A stretch of DNA of 64,000 nucleotides from Macrostomum hystrix (GCA_950097015.1 CATNEN010000032.1:1860001-1924000); one strand, 5' to 3'; shown: positions 48,001 to 58,938, counted from the first letter of the stretch. Translations and numbers: made by a program. The notes: generated from the letters alone by a model not told the origin.

Positions 48001-51000
48001 TATAATGGCGCCACCCTCCACTTAGAATGGCGCCACCCTCTACTTAGAATGGCGCCACCCTCTACTTAGAATGGCGCCACCCTCCACTTAGAATGACGCC
48101 ACCCTCCACTTAGAATGGCGCCACCCTCCACTTAGAATGGCGCCACCCTCTACTTAGAATGGCGCCACCCTCCACTTAGAATGGCGCCACCCTCTACATA
48201 GAATGGCGCCACCCTCCACTTAGAATGGCGCCACCCTCTACTTAGAATGGCGCCACCCTCCACTTAGAATGGCGCCACCCTCCACTTAGAATGACGCCAC
48301 CCTCCACTTAGAATGGCGCCACCCTCCACTTAGAATGGCGCCACCCTCCACTTAGAATGGCGCCACCCTCTACTTAGAATGACGCCACCCTCCACTTAGA
48401 ATGGCGCCACCCTCCACTTAGAATGGCGCCACCCTCTACTTAGAATGACGCCACCCTCCACTTAGAATGGCGCCACCCTCCACTTAGAATGGCGCCACCC
48501 TCTACATAGAATGGCGCCACCCTCCACTTAGAATGGCGCCACCCTCTACTTAGAATGGCGCCACCCTCCACTTAGAATGGCGCCACCCTCCACTTAGAAT
48601 GACGCCACCCTCCACTTAGAATGGCGCCACCCTCTACTTAGAATGGCGCCACCCTCCACTTAGAATGGCGCCACCCTCCAGATTGAGTGACCCCAGACGC
48701 TGGTTAGAATTTAATTTTAAGTTGCGCCAACTTTAAATTCCAGGAAATGTCCATAAACCGGCCGGCCCTTGGACTGTGTCCGCCGGCTGACTGGGTGAAG
48801 CGCCTGAACGGCAGTCTACTCTCTGTGGCGCCAAAGGGCCTGAACCGCGTCCAGACCATGATGTGCGGCTCTTGTTCCAATGAGAACGCCATCAAAATGC
48901 TTTTCATGCTCTTTATGGTGAGCACTAATCGGGCGCCGTAGATAATACTGCTGACACGTTCTACTATTAGTAGACCGGCTAAAGTTTTTATTCTACAAAC
49001 GTAATCAAAGTAGATAAGTTGAAAACTTAGAGGGTATGACGTGAAATAATATATAATAGCGAATAGAGGGTGAGATAATAATTGATTACACCTGCCCCAA
49101 TTGGGTCAGATGTGCAGCCGCCAGCACAGCCGCAGCTAATGCGCTGCGCATCTGAAGGCTGCGTACGGCTGTTCAGTCCATGGACTGGGGGGGACGCCAC
49201 ACCCACCTTCAATTATCCCAGCTGATGCTGGTACCCATTCAACTGCTGGGTGAACTGAAGAATTGCAGAAATAAGTGTCTTGCTAAAGGACACAAATTGT
49301 TCCAGTCGGGAATCGAACCCCCGACCTTCAAGTCGTGAGTCCGACGCCCTAACCACAGGGCTACAACCTCTTGAGGGTGGGATAAAATAGCGAATAGAGG
49401 GTGAGATAAAATAGCCAGTAGAGGGTGACATAGAATGGCGTTTGAGAACATCTTTAAAATTAGTTCACATCCTCCATCCTGTTGCTAGGCGAAGCAGAGG
49501 GCCGGTCGGCCAGTGAGTCAGCAGGAGCTGGACTCAACTATGCTTAACCAGCCGCCGGGCAGTCCGCGCCTGTCGATTCTGTCATTCAATCGCGGTTTCC
49601 ACGGCCGCACGATGGGCACTCTGAGCTGCACGAGGTCCAAGGCTTTGCACAAACTGGACGTACCCGCCTTCCAGTGGCCCGCGGTGGATTTTCCCGCTTA
49701 TAAGTATCCACTGGAGGAGAACAAAGACTACAATTCCAAGCAGGAGAAGCTCAGCCTTGCTCAGGTCTTTGTTTGATCTCTGTCAACGAGCTATATATTT
49801 TCAACCTATCTCAGTTCTACTCAAACTACTCGACCAACGCATTCTACTTTACTTTACTCAAGCTACTTTACTTAAACCTGCTTAACCGACTCATTCTAAT
49901 CAGTAATCACCTACTCACCCTACTCACCCTACTCACCCTACTCACCCTACTCACCCTACTCACCCTACTCACCCTACTCACCCTGCTCACCCTACTCACC
50001 CTACTCACCCTAATCACCATACTCACCCTACTAAACCTACTCACCCTAGTCACCCTAGTCACCCTACTCAACCTACTCACCCTACTCACCCTACTCACCC
50101 TACTCAACCTACTCATCCTACTCACCCTACTCGAACTTCCAGGTAGAGGAGACAGTGAACCGTCAGCGCTCAGTTGAGCCCGTTGCTGGGCTCATTGTGG
50201 AGCCAATCCTAGCCGAGGGTGGTGACATCCACGCCCGCCCGGAGTACTTCAGGGCTCTGCGCAGTCTCTGCGCTAAGCTGGACGTGCCTCTGCTGGTTGA
50301 CGAGGTACAAACAGGCGGCGGCATCTGCGGCACCTACTGGGCGCACGAGCAGTGGGGACTGGACAACCCGCCAGACATTGTGACATTCAGCAAGCGGACT
50401 CTCCTCGGAGGAATCTATTTCAACGACAACCTGGTGCCCGACCAGACCTACAGGGTGTACAACACCTGGCTGGGGGAGCCAAGCAAAGTGATGCTCCTGG
50501 AAGCTGTGATTCGCACTATTGAGGAAGAGAAGCTGATGGAGTCAGTAAAGAAGGCTGGCAAGGTGCTGATCAATGGACTGGGTGAGTAGGGCGACTAAGG
50601 TTCGTCTTTGGATTTGAAATCCGAAGATTTGTAATCTTTTCAATTCCCGAATGTCCCCTAAACTTCGCAATTCCCAAACTTCCCAAACCCCAAACTCCCC
50701 AATCCCCAAACTTCCCAATCCCCAAACTTCCCAATCCCCAAACTTCCCAATCCCCAAACTTCCCAATCCCCAAACTTCCCAATCCCCAAACTTCCCAATC
50801 CCCAAACTTCCCAATACCCAAACTTCCCAATCCCCAAACTTCCCAATCCCCAAACTTCCCAATCCCTCATCTACCCTATCCTCAAATTTCTCAATTTTCA
50901 AACTTCTTAATCCCCAAAACTTTTTAATCCCCAAACTTTTCAATCCCCAAACTTCCCAATCCCCAAACTTCCCGATCCCCAAACTTCCCAATCCCAAAAC

Positions 51001-52014
51001 TTCCCAATCCCCAAACTTCCCGATCCCCAAACTACAGTCCCTAAAATCGCTCAAAATCCCTAAAGCCTCAAATCGCTTTTCAAAATCAAAAGCTCCCCAA
51101 AAATCCCTCAAATAAAAAAACGAATCGCAAACGTTGCACCTGACAGAGGAGCTGAGCAAGCGGCATCCGAGCCTCATCAACAGTCCTCGCGGCCTTGGCA
51201 TCATGTGCGCCGTCGACTTCGCCGATGCGAACCTGCGAAACACCGCCGTTGAACGCCTTAGAAACAAAGGTGAGTGGGCGGGGCTCAATGTATTTTTAGT
51301 TGTCCTGCAGGCTATAGTTAATGGTTGTTCGTGTGGAAATTTAATTTTCATTAGCGACCGTCAAAGCAAAGTCAATTTAGCCATCAAATTCGACTATAAT
51401 AACACCCGGGAGCGCTTTTCAGCATTAAAATAAATTATGATGAGCTTTAAAAGATGATTGAGCAGATGGAACCACTGATAATGAAATGTGCGAGTAGCGC
51501 CTACTAGAACGGGGCAACCCCGGTTCATATAATTAAGCCGTTCCAGTCTTTCGAACTGTCAATTTATCCGAATTTCAATTTGCCAATGTGCCCATTTGGC
51601 AGTTGTGAAGCTGTCAATCTTCTGTCAATATCTAAAATTCTAAAATCTGTCAAGCTGTCGGTACACCAATCTTCACATCAATCTGTCAAGCTGTCGGTAC
51701 ACCAATCTTCACATCAATCTTTCGTGCTGTCAGTACATCAATCTGTCAACCTGTCACTACACCAATCTTACACATTACTCTGCACATTTTTCTGTCAAGA
51801 TCTATGTATTCATACGTCAAGCTTTATGTACATCAGTTTGTCAAGCTGTCAGTATATCAATCTGTCAATCTGTCAATCTCTCCCACCAGGCATTAACACT
51901 GGTGGCTGTGGCGAAGTGGGCCTCCGTTTCCGGCCCTCCCTGATCTTCAAGGAGAAGCACGCGAAGATCTTTTTGGAATCCTTTGACACCGTGCTGAAAT
52001 CGATGGCCAAGTGA
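45047..52014 (+). CDS. ABAT: 4-aminobutyrate aminotransferase (GABA-T), paralog 2, 8 exons, 499 aa
   Basis: Exons 45047-45104, 45367-45621, 46482-46531, 48744-48917, 49489-49764, 50143-50581, 51147-51269, 51890-52014 (1500 nt), same exon sizes and motifs as paralog 1. Confidence 0.95.
45120..45340. repeat. 21-bp minisatellite in ABAT-2 intron 1
   Basis: Same unit as 34480-34880, about 10 copies. Confidence 0.93.
45650..46180. repeat. 14-bp minisatellite in ABAT-2 intron 2 (CCCTGATCCCAACA)
   Basis: About 30 copies with a higher-order duplication. Confidence 0.95.
46580..48680. repeat. 22-bp minisatellite in ABAT-2 intron 3 (GAATGGCGCCACCCTCCACTTA), ~95 copies
   Basis: Highly homogeneous direct repeats. 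Confidence 0.98.
49075..49368 (-). mobile_element. tRNA-derived SINE (~295 bp) in ABAT-2 intron 4
   Basis: Head GGTTGTAGCCCTGTGGTTAGG (A box) ... GGTTCGATTCCC (B box), core TGTGTCCTTTAGCAAGACACTT...CCCAGCAGTTGAATGGGTACCAGC, AT-rich tail. Absent from the same intron of paralog 1. Confidence 0.85.
49900..50132. repeat. 9-bp repeat (CCTACTCAC)n in ABAT-2 intron 5; short counterpart at 38250-38340 in paralog 1
   Basis: About 25 copies. Confidence 0.95.
50660..51030. repeat. 16-bp minisatellite in ABAT-2 intron 6 (CCCCAAACTTCCCAAT)
   Basis: About 22 copies. Confidence 0.95.
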
Positions 52015-52515
52015 TCACCGAAATCGATATATTTGATTGATCGACCATGGAAACGATGGAAATGAATATACTTTCCTTGTCATGGCCTCATTAGACTACC
52101 TAATAAGTATAACTACGGATTGTTTTACTGCTAGGTTTGCATTATTTAATAAAATAGTTTTCGCAATGACATCTCAATCTACGTTATAACGCTGTCTGAT
52201 TACAGTGTCAAACCAGTTTACTGTACATGGCACACTGACAATATCCCATCAGCATTATATGCTTGGTGTTTTTGGGTAAACAACCAGTCGTGAAGCGTAA
52301 ATAAATTCATCTTATTAGTACTACGAGTATATACAAATAAACATTTTCTATCGTACGGACAGACTTTTCTTTTTGCCTTTTAGTGATAACACTAGCACAC
52401 TAAGCCCCCCTTGCTCAGACAAAAAATATTGTGTATTGCAGAATGACAAAACACACCTGAAAGTAAACAAAAAAGAAAAATCATTTTGTCAGTACGCTCG
52501 TACATGCGAATACTA

Positions 52516-52900
52516 TCCCCTCAGCAGCAGAGAACCAATGTCCCCTCAGCAGCAGAGAACCAATGTCCCCTCAGCAGCAGAGAACCAATGTCCCCTCAGC
52601 AGCAGAGAACCAATGTCCCCTCAGCAGCAGAGAACCAATGTCCCCTCAGCAGCAGAGAATAAATGTCCCCTCAGCAGCCGAGAACTAATGAGCCCCCAGC
52701 AGTAAATAACCAATGTCCCCCAAACAGCAAAGAACCAATTTCCCCCAAACAGCAGAGAACTAATGTCCCCTCAGCAACAAAAGACCAATGTCCCCCAAAC
52801 AGAAGAGAACCTCCATAATACCATGCTGCCAAACCACCAGCAAAAAATATTTGCCCCCTTTCTTTGAGAGGAAAACAATTGCCCCCTAATAGCAGAGAAA
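52516..52900. repeat. 25-bp minisatellite (GTCCCCTCAGCAGCAGAGAACCAAT), decaying rightwards
   Basis: Six near-perfect copies, then diverged ones. Confidence 0.92.
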
Positions 52901-53269
52901 CGATTTTACTCAACCCAGCAGGCAAAAAATATATCTTAACAGTCAACCAATATTCCTTCGCAGCATTCAATCAATGCCTCCCTTTAGCAGAGAACCAATG
53001 ACCCCCTTAAGCAGGTAACCAATGACTCCCTTTAACAGAGAAGAATTTCCTCTTTAAGCGGAAAGTTATTTCTCCAATAACACATTTTCAGAATTAAATT
53101 TTTAAATAAGAAGCACTAAAAATCAGTACGCCAGTCGAAATTATTTAATCATCAGTACGAATCAATTTAAGAATCAATTACAAATATTAAAAAATCAGTA
53201 CCCCAGTCGAAAATATTTATTTAAGTTGAGAAATATTTAAACAAATTACTACGCAAGAATTTCGACCAA

Positions 53270-53380
53270 AGTCCATTCTTTTGATGAAGAAATGGTGAAA
53301 ATCGGTTGAGCCGTTCGGGAGAAAATCAATTACTCACGTCACTAGCAAGCAAACGTTTAATTTTTTGTATACTAGACTAG
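53270..53380 (+). mobile_element. Possible Helitron/Helentron-type terminal remnant
   Basis: AAAATCGGTTGAGCCGTTC...AAAC..TTTTTTGTATACTAGAC resembles recalled non-autonomous Helitron/HINE ends; pattern recall only. Confidence 0.35.
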
Positions 53381-53511
53381 CAACCAAGACCCCCTTTGGG
53401 GGAAGCAAATCGCGCTTTAACCTCTACATGACTGCAGTTATTAGCACTCATATCCGTTACCGACGGCTAGGCCGAAAACGGCCATAGACACTTGCAACAT
53501 CAAATAACGTA

Positions 53512-56355
53512 CAAGGACAACTTAATAACTCAGGACCGGAAACGAGCCAATTCATGGCGAAAAAAGTATGAGGCTCGTTTAAAAGCATTGTTCTATGGCC
53601 CATCCAAAGCTACGAAAGCGAAGAAATCTGAGCTGAAAATTGAGTTCTTCGCATGCACTTGCAATTGAGAGAGAGAACTTTTATTCTTGCTAGCTGAAAC
53701 TAAATATCATGCCGAGAAAATGCAGCGTTATTTTCTGTTGTTCAAACTACAATAGTAACCGTGATCGGAATGTTACAGTATTTTCGTTTCCTAAACATGC
53801 AACTGAACGAGAGGCTTGGCGACTGTCTCTGCCTAATCAACTGACGGTAAGACTTTCTTCAAATGTGCTTTGCTAATCAGATTTAGCCTGGCCACATGAA
53901 TTCATTAACAATTTTGTTGTTGTTTAGACCGTGACAGACTACATGGGCGTGTGTGCTAAGCACTGGCCTCAAGATGCCCCAATGATAAAAAAGGGAAGAA
54001 ATGAAAGGCCGCTACATCCACCATCAGTTTTCGACGGAGTCCCGCAGTCTTGCCTCGTTCAAACACAAGGTTTGTGAAGTTCTACTGCTTTAATTCAAAT
54101 ATTCGAGCGTATTTGTACTGCATCAAATAGGGTCGAAACGAACCACTAAGATGCGCGCTTGGATATTGCAGTGCGTGCCAGTCGACAGGCTGAGGGAAGA
54201 GGCGTGCTGTTGTCCGAACGATGCCTTTTCCAAGATGAACTAGTAGAATTTCGAGAGCGTGACACGCTGCCATCGTGGACTGAATTCCGAGCATCCATTC
54301 ACTGTTCAGACGTCATCAAAGCACATCAGCTTATTGTTACCATTGTTCAAGAGGAGGTGTTTATCTTCTCGTTAAGCGCCAATGCCGAAATGGTTCTGCG
54401 AGTTTTCGTTTCACCAAACTATTCCGTACGATGCTTTCGGTTACATTCACCAGTTGCGGTTCGAGATCTGCTTGGATTTCAACCAACATTAAAGTATTGG
54501 TCGCAACTTGAAGCTATCATAAATCGTTGTAAAAACTCTACAGTGGACGTCGAAAGTGAGGTGAGGGCATTATCTAAGAACGTTTCTATTGCCTTTAACC
54601 ACGGTGGAGTTGTACCGGACACATCGGTTACATTTATCCTGAAGCTACTCGAGTTCGCCACAACGCACCCAAACAATCGACGATACGACATTGCCACTAT
54701 GCGCCAATCTGCTTTGCTTTACCTGATTAGCAGTTCTGCATACGCACATGCACAGACGCTCCTTCCTTTGCCCCACCAACGCACATTACGCACTCAGTTG
54801 GCTGGTCTAGGAGAGATTGGCACTGAAAATGATGCAAACGAGATCGTAAAGGTCACATTTGCTAAACTGAAACCACAGCAGAAGTATTGTGTGTTGATTT
54901 TCGATGAAATGTATGTCCAGCCATCAATTCGCTATCGGTGCCAACATCTGCTCGGCCAAGCGTCAGACAATCATAACAAAACTGCTCGAACAGTGCTCGC
55001 AATAATGTTGAAGCCATTGTTCGGCGGTAAGCCATTTGTTCTAAGGCTGCTACCGATTTTTCTTCTTTCTGCCGACTATTTGTACCACCAGCTTCGAAAA
55101 TGCATTCAACTCGTCAATCAACATGGAGGCCTCGTTGTGGCGCTTGTGTGTGACAACCATCCCACAAACAGAAAGTGCTTCTCGATGTTTTCTGCTCAAC
55201 AGACGAAACCTTGGATCGGCAAATCTGAATCACAGGATTCTACTTTCTTTTTGCTCCATGATGTTGTGCACCTTGTAAAGTCAATTCGGAACAATTGGCA
55301 GTCTGAGTCTGATGGAATGCTAACCATTCGTTTGCCTGAGTCTATAACGGTCGTCACGGCTAAGTGGTTAGACATTGTAGAGCTGTATAAATCTGAAGCG
55401 TATCACATTGTTAAGCGTACAGGCATTACATACGAACTATCGACGCTCGATGACTGCTATGTCAAAGCAGAGAGCCTATCAATGGCCGAAAAGGCATCTG
55501 TTTATTATATTGCAGGTCAGGCATGCATTTGTGTTACTTAAACTTGGATGGAAATAACGATTGCTGAGGTGAAAACTGAGGCATAATAATAACATTTCAG
55601 GCTACATAACGTTTAAGGAGAAAAATTGCCGGTGAAGATCCTGCCGATAATTTAAACACCTCACTCTGTGAATTCACTGAAATGATTTCCCGGGGAAAGT
55701 TGAAGCACCCGCCAAAGTGGCTCTTCAATTTTGCTTGCCTCTGTTTCGGATGCTTCATTTCGCTGCGATCACCGTCATGTGCTTTGCGAGTGCGGAAATT
55801 GTTTGCTGCCGTTGGCGAGTTTTACTTCCCTAAAGCAGATGTTCTGGGATGCTGCGTGCGCCTCACCAACTGTTTCTTCAAGGGTTATGTTCAACGAGGA
55901 ACAAAGAGCGCTCCTTCGCCTGATAAAGCGCACGATAGAAAAATACTGAAGCTGAGTGGACAGTGAGCGAACCTGGAGCAAACACTTTACTATTAATCAT
56001 AGTCAGCTCTTGTCCCGTTATGTGACTGTTATTTTCCTCTCTGTTTGCAGTTCAGATGAAGAAAGAATCGTAAATTTTTCTCGAGTTTCCTTATACATGT
56101 GCTGCATGTACAGCTTTCCCATTGTGTATTTTCACGACGTTTTTTATGTAATAAAACTATTCAACATTTAAGAAAACCGACCCTGCACCCGCCTTCTGAC
56201 TGCCTATTAAAAAGTCAAATATGATACGAGTATACATTCGCAACTGAAAGCATGCGCATACGGATGGGCCATAGAACAATGCTTTTAAACGAGCCTCATA
56301 CTTTTTTCGCCATGAATTGGCTCGTTTCCGGTCCTGAGTTATTAAGTTGTCCTTG
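53512..56355 (+). mobile_element. P-superfamily (THAP-transposase) DNA transposon, 2844 bp
   Basis: Perfect 94-bp TIRs (53512-53605, 56262-56355) starting CAAGG; perfect 8-bp TSD ATAACGTA (53504-53511, 56356-56363). Confidence 0.95.
53709..55966 (+). pseudogene. THAP-domain P-element transposase, frameshifted and internally deleted
   Basis: Exons 53709-53846, 53928-54069, 54131-~55515, ~55601-55966. THAP motifs CSVIFC, VCAKHW, PPSVF; core LIFDEMY, LVCDNHPTN, HDVVHLVKSIRNNW; C-terminal YYIAGY, SRGKLKHP. Frameshifts near 54150 and 55620. Confidence 0.88.
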
Positions 56356-56478
56356 ATAACGTATGTGTTGTTGTGACCACTGTTCCCGCCTATAGTCTCA
56401 CTAAGATTTGATTTTTACTCGGTAGTATTTTTGTCCCACTGACTTTGCTGTGTACCTTTCTTTTGCTGAAAGTTAGCC

Positions 56479-57585
56479 ATGGATCCCCTTTACTCATCAA
56501 ACTCTGAGGACGATTTTTTTACTGACGACGAAGATGGATCCTATTATTTTGATGAAGAGCCTGGTGAGGACGGTGACAACGTTGAAAGCGCGAGTAGTTC
56601 TGAAGATGAGGACATCGAAATGGAAGAAGATCTGGAGTGGTATCAAGTTGTCGAAGGGACAGACGTCAGACCGTCAGTGGTTCCAGAGTTCGTGGGCACA
56701 CCCGGAGTTCGACCGGACTGGGTACCACCGCAACCGGCGAATGGCAGTGAGGCAGAATATTTGCTTCAGTATTTGACAGACGAGCTGTTTGAAAGCATTG
56801 CCAGGTGGACAAATGAACGGGCCTGGAGTTTCGTTGAGGGAAAACCAGTTGATGAGCTGCCAAAGGTGGTGTCTACATGGAAAGATTGTAGTGTGGATGA
56901 AGTGAGGAAGCTGATCGGCATCGTGCTGCTCATGGGCGTTGATGACAAACCTGAGATTAGTTCCTACTGGACGAAAGATCCCGTGTACCACTGCCTTTTT
57001 TGGCTCAGCCGCACTCACTCTCGCGTGATCGTTTTAAGCAGATTCTTTCTTGCCTTCGCTTCTACAGTAGCGCCGGTCCTGCTCCCCATAGCCCAATCGA
57101 CAAGATCTCTCCGTTCCTTGCTCTTGTGCAGCGAGTTTGTCGAAACAACTACATGCCAGACCAGCAGCTGTCGATCGACGAGACTCTGGTCTTGTACAAA
57201 GGACGGGTACAGTTCAGGCAGTACATACCCTCCAAGAAGAGCAAGTACGGAATCAAGCTATACTGCCTGTGTGAGGCCAAGTCTGGATACCTGTGGAACT
57301 TTGCTGTCCACACGACGCAGCAGGAAAATGCTAGATTCGGTGCTGGACTAGACAGCGGAGCCCTGTCTTTCAGCGAGCGAGTCGTCGCCGAGCTATGCCG
57401 TGACGTGTTGCACCTCGGCCACCACGTATTCACCGATAGTTGGTTTACGTCGCATCGACTAGCTTCGTGGCTGCTGGCCCGTGACACCATGCTCACCGGC
57501 ACCGTGCGCAAAGATCGTGGACCGCCGCCACTGCTGCGAGCCGCAAACCTGCGCCCTACGTCATCAGCGTTCGCTCCGAGACGAA
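56479..57585 (+). pseudogene. piggyBac-family (PGBD-like) transposase, frameshifted and truncated
   Basis: Acidic N-terminus; SRDRFKQIL, LSIDETLVLYKGR, QYIPSKKSKYGIK, VFTDSWFTS, TGTVRKDR. Frameshift in the T-run near 56995-57001; ends before the third catalytic Asp. Confidence 0.92.
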
Positions 57586-58394
57586 AAGATGTTGAAAAAT
57601 TTCTAATTTAATATCAACTTTTCTTGATATCTACTCAATAAATAATGGTAACCCTTTCATATATCATGCAATCCCTCGACAAAGCTTGCTAACCCCCTCG
57701 AAAATGTATGCTACCCCTCGACATAATTCATACATTCCCTTCGTTAATTCATGCTTCCACCTCGTTAAATACATGCTACCCCCTGATAATGCATGCTTAT
57801 CAGGGGGTAAGCTTACATGGCAAGCGCTGTGCTTTGTGTTTTTTAGTGTTCCAATTGCTAAAGGCTAGCCTGAGTCCACTCACTTTTGCTTTATTTTAAC
57901 AACAATATATGAAATCCAGCCATGCAGTGGCACAGCCACAGCTATTGTGCAGATTTTTACAAAACTGTGTACATCTGTTTAGTCCATGGACAGGGAAGGC
58001 CATGGACTAAAAATAATAATATACATTATTATTTATTATTACATTGATTATTAATAATTATTGCGGGATGGCTGTGGGCAATGGGACTTCATTAATGACA
58101 CTAGACCCGCAGCCAGCGAGGAGGCAATTCTGTCCATTTCGCTGACTCCTGAGCACACACGCACACAGATACTGTGCTCAGGCACACGCTCACACAGGTG
58201 TGTACATCTGCCCTGACTTTCTCATCATCAGGCAGTGTACTCTTCACTGTGCCTTGGAGGCTGGCCCCCAAGGGCGTAAATTGCACGACAAGCCCCAAGC
58301 CTTCTCTACGTGGCTGCGCCCGAAATAAATGTGGCCTCGGTAGCCGCATTGAGCTCAGGGACCTTGGTGCGAGATACATACGCGTTAATCACAT

Positions 58395-58938
58395 TGATAG
58401 ATATCTAGGCACAACATTGATAGACATCTAGGCACAACATTGATAGATATCTAAGCACAACATTGATAGACATCTAGGCACAACATTGATAGATATCTAA
58501 GCACAACATTGATAGATATCTAAGCACAACATTGATAGATATCTAGGCACAACATTGATAGACATCTAGGCACAACATTGATAGATATCTAGGCACAACA
58601 TTGATAGATATCTAGGCACAACATTGATAGATATCTAGGCACAACATGATAGATATCTAGGCACAACATTGATAGACATCTAGGCACAACATTGATAGAT
58701 ATCTAAGCACAACATTGATAGATATCTAGGCACAACATGATAGATATCTAGGCACAACATTGATAGATATCTAGGCACAACATTGATAGATATCTAGGCA
58801 CAACATGATAGATATCTAGGCACAACATTGATAGACATCTAGGCACAACATTGATAGATATCTAGGCACAACATTGATAGATATCTAGGCACAACATGAT
58901 AGATATCTAGGCACAACATTGATAGACATCTAGGCACA
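58395..58938. repeat. 23-bp minisatellite (CACAACATTGATAGATATCTAGG), ~23 copies
   Basis: Direct repetition ending exactly where the retrotransposon 5' region begins. Confidence 0.96.

Larger units (their letters stand above)
53421..57585 (+). mobile_element. Decayed piggyBac-like element, interrupted by a P-type element and 3'-truncated
   Basis: Putative left end TTAA|CCTCTAC at 53417-53421; transposase remnant from 56479; no right TIR found. Confidence 0.6.

Noticed and set aside
49296-49368. tRNA gene
   Set aside because: A and B boxes are present but it continues into a SINE body shared with 42075-42244; no complete acceptor stem found.
58101-58431. Overlapping ORFs left of the 23-bp array
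   Set aside because: Open on both strands with no identifiable domain.
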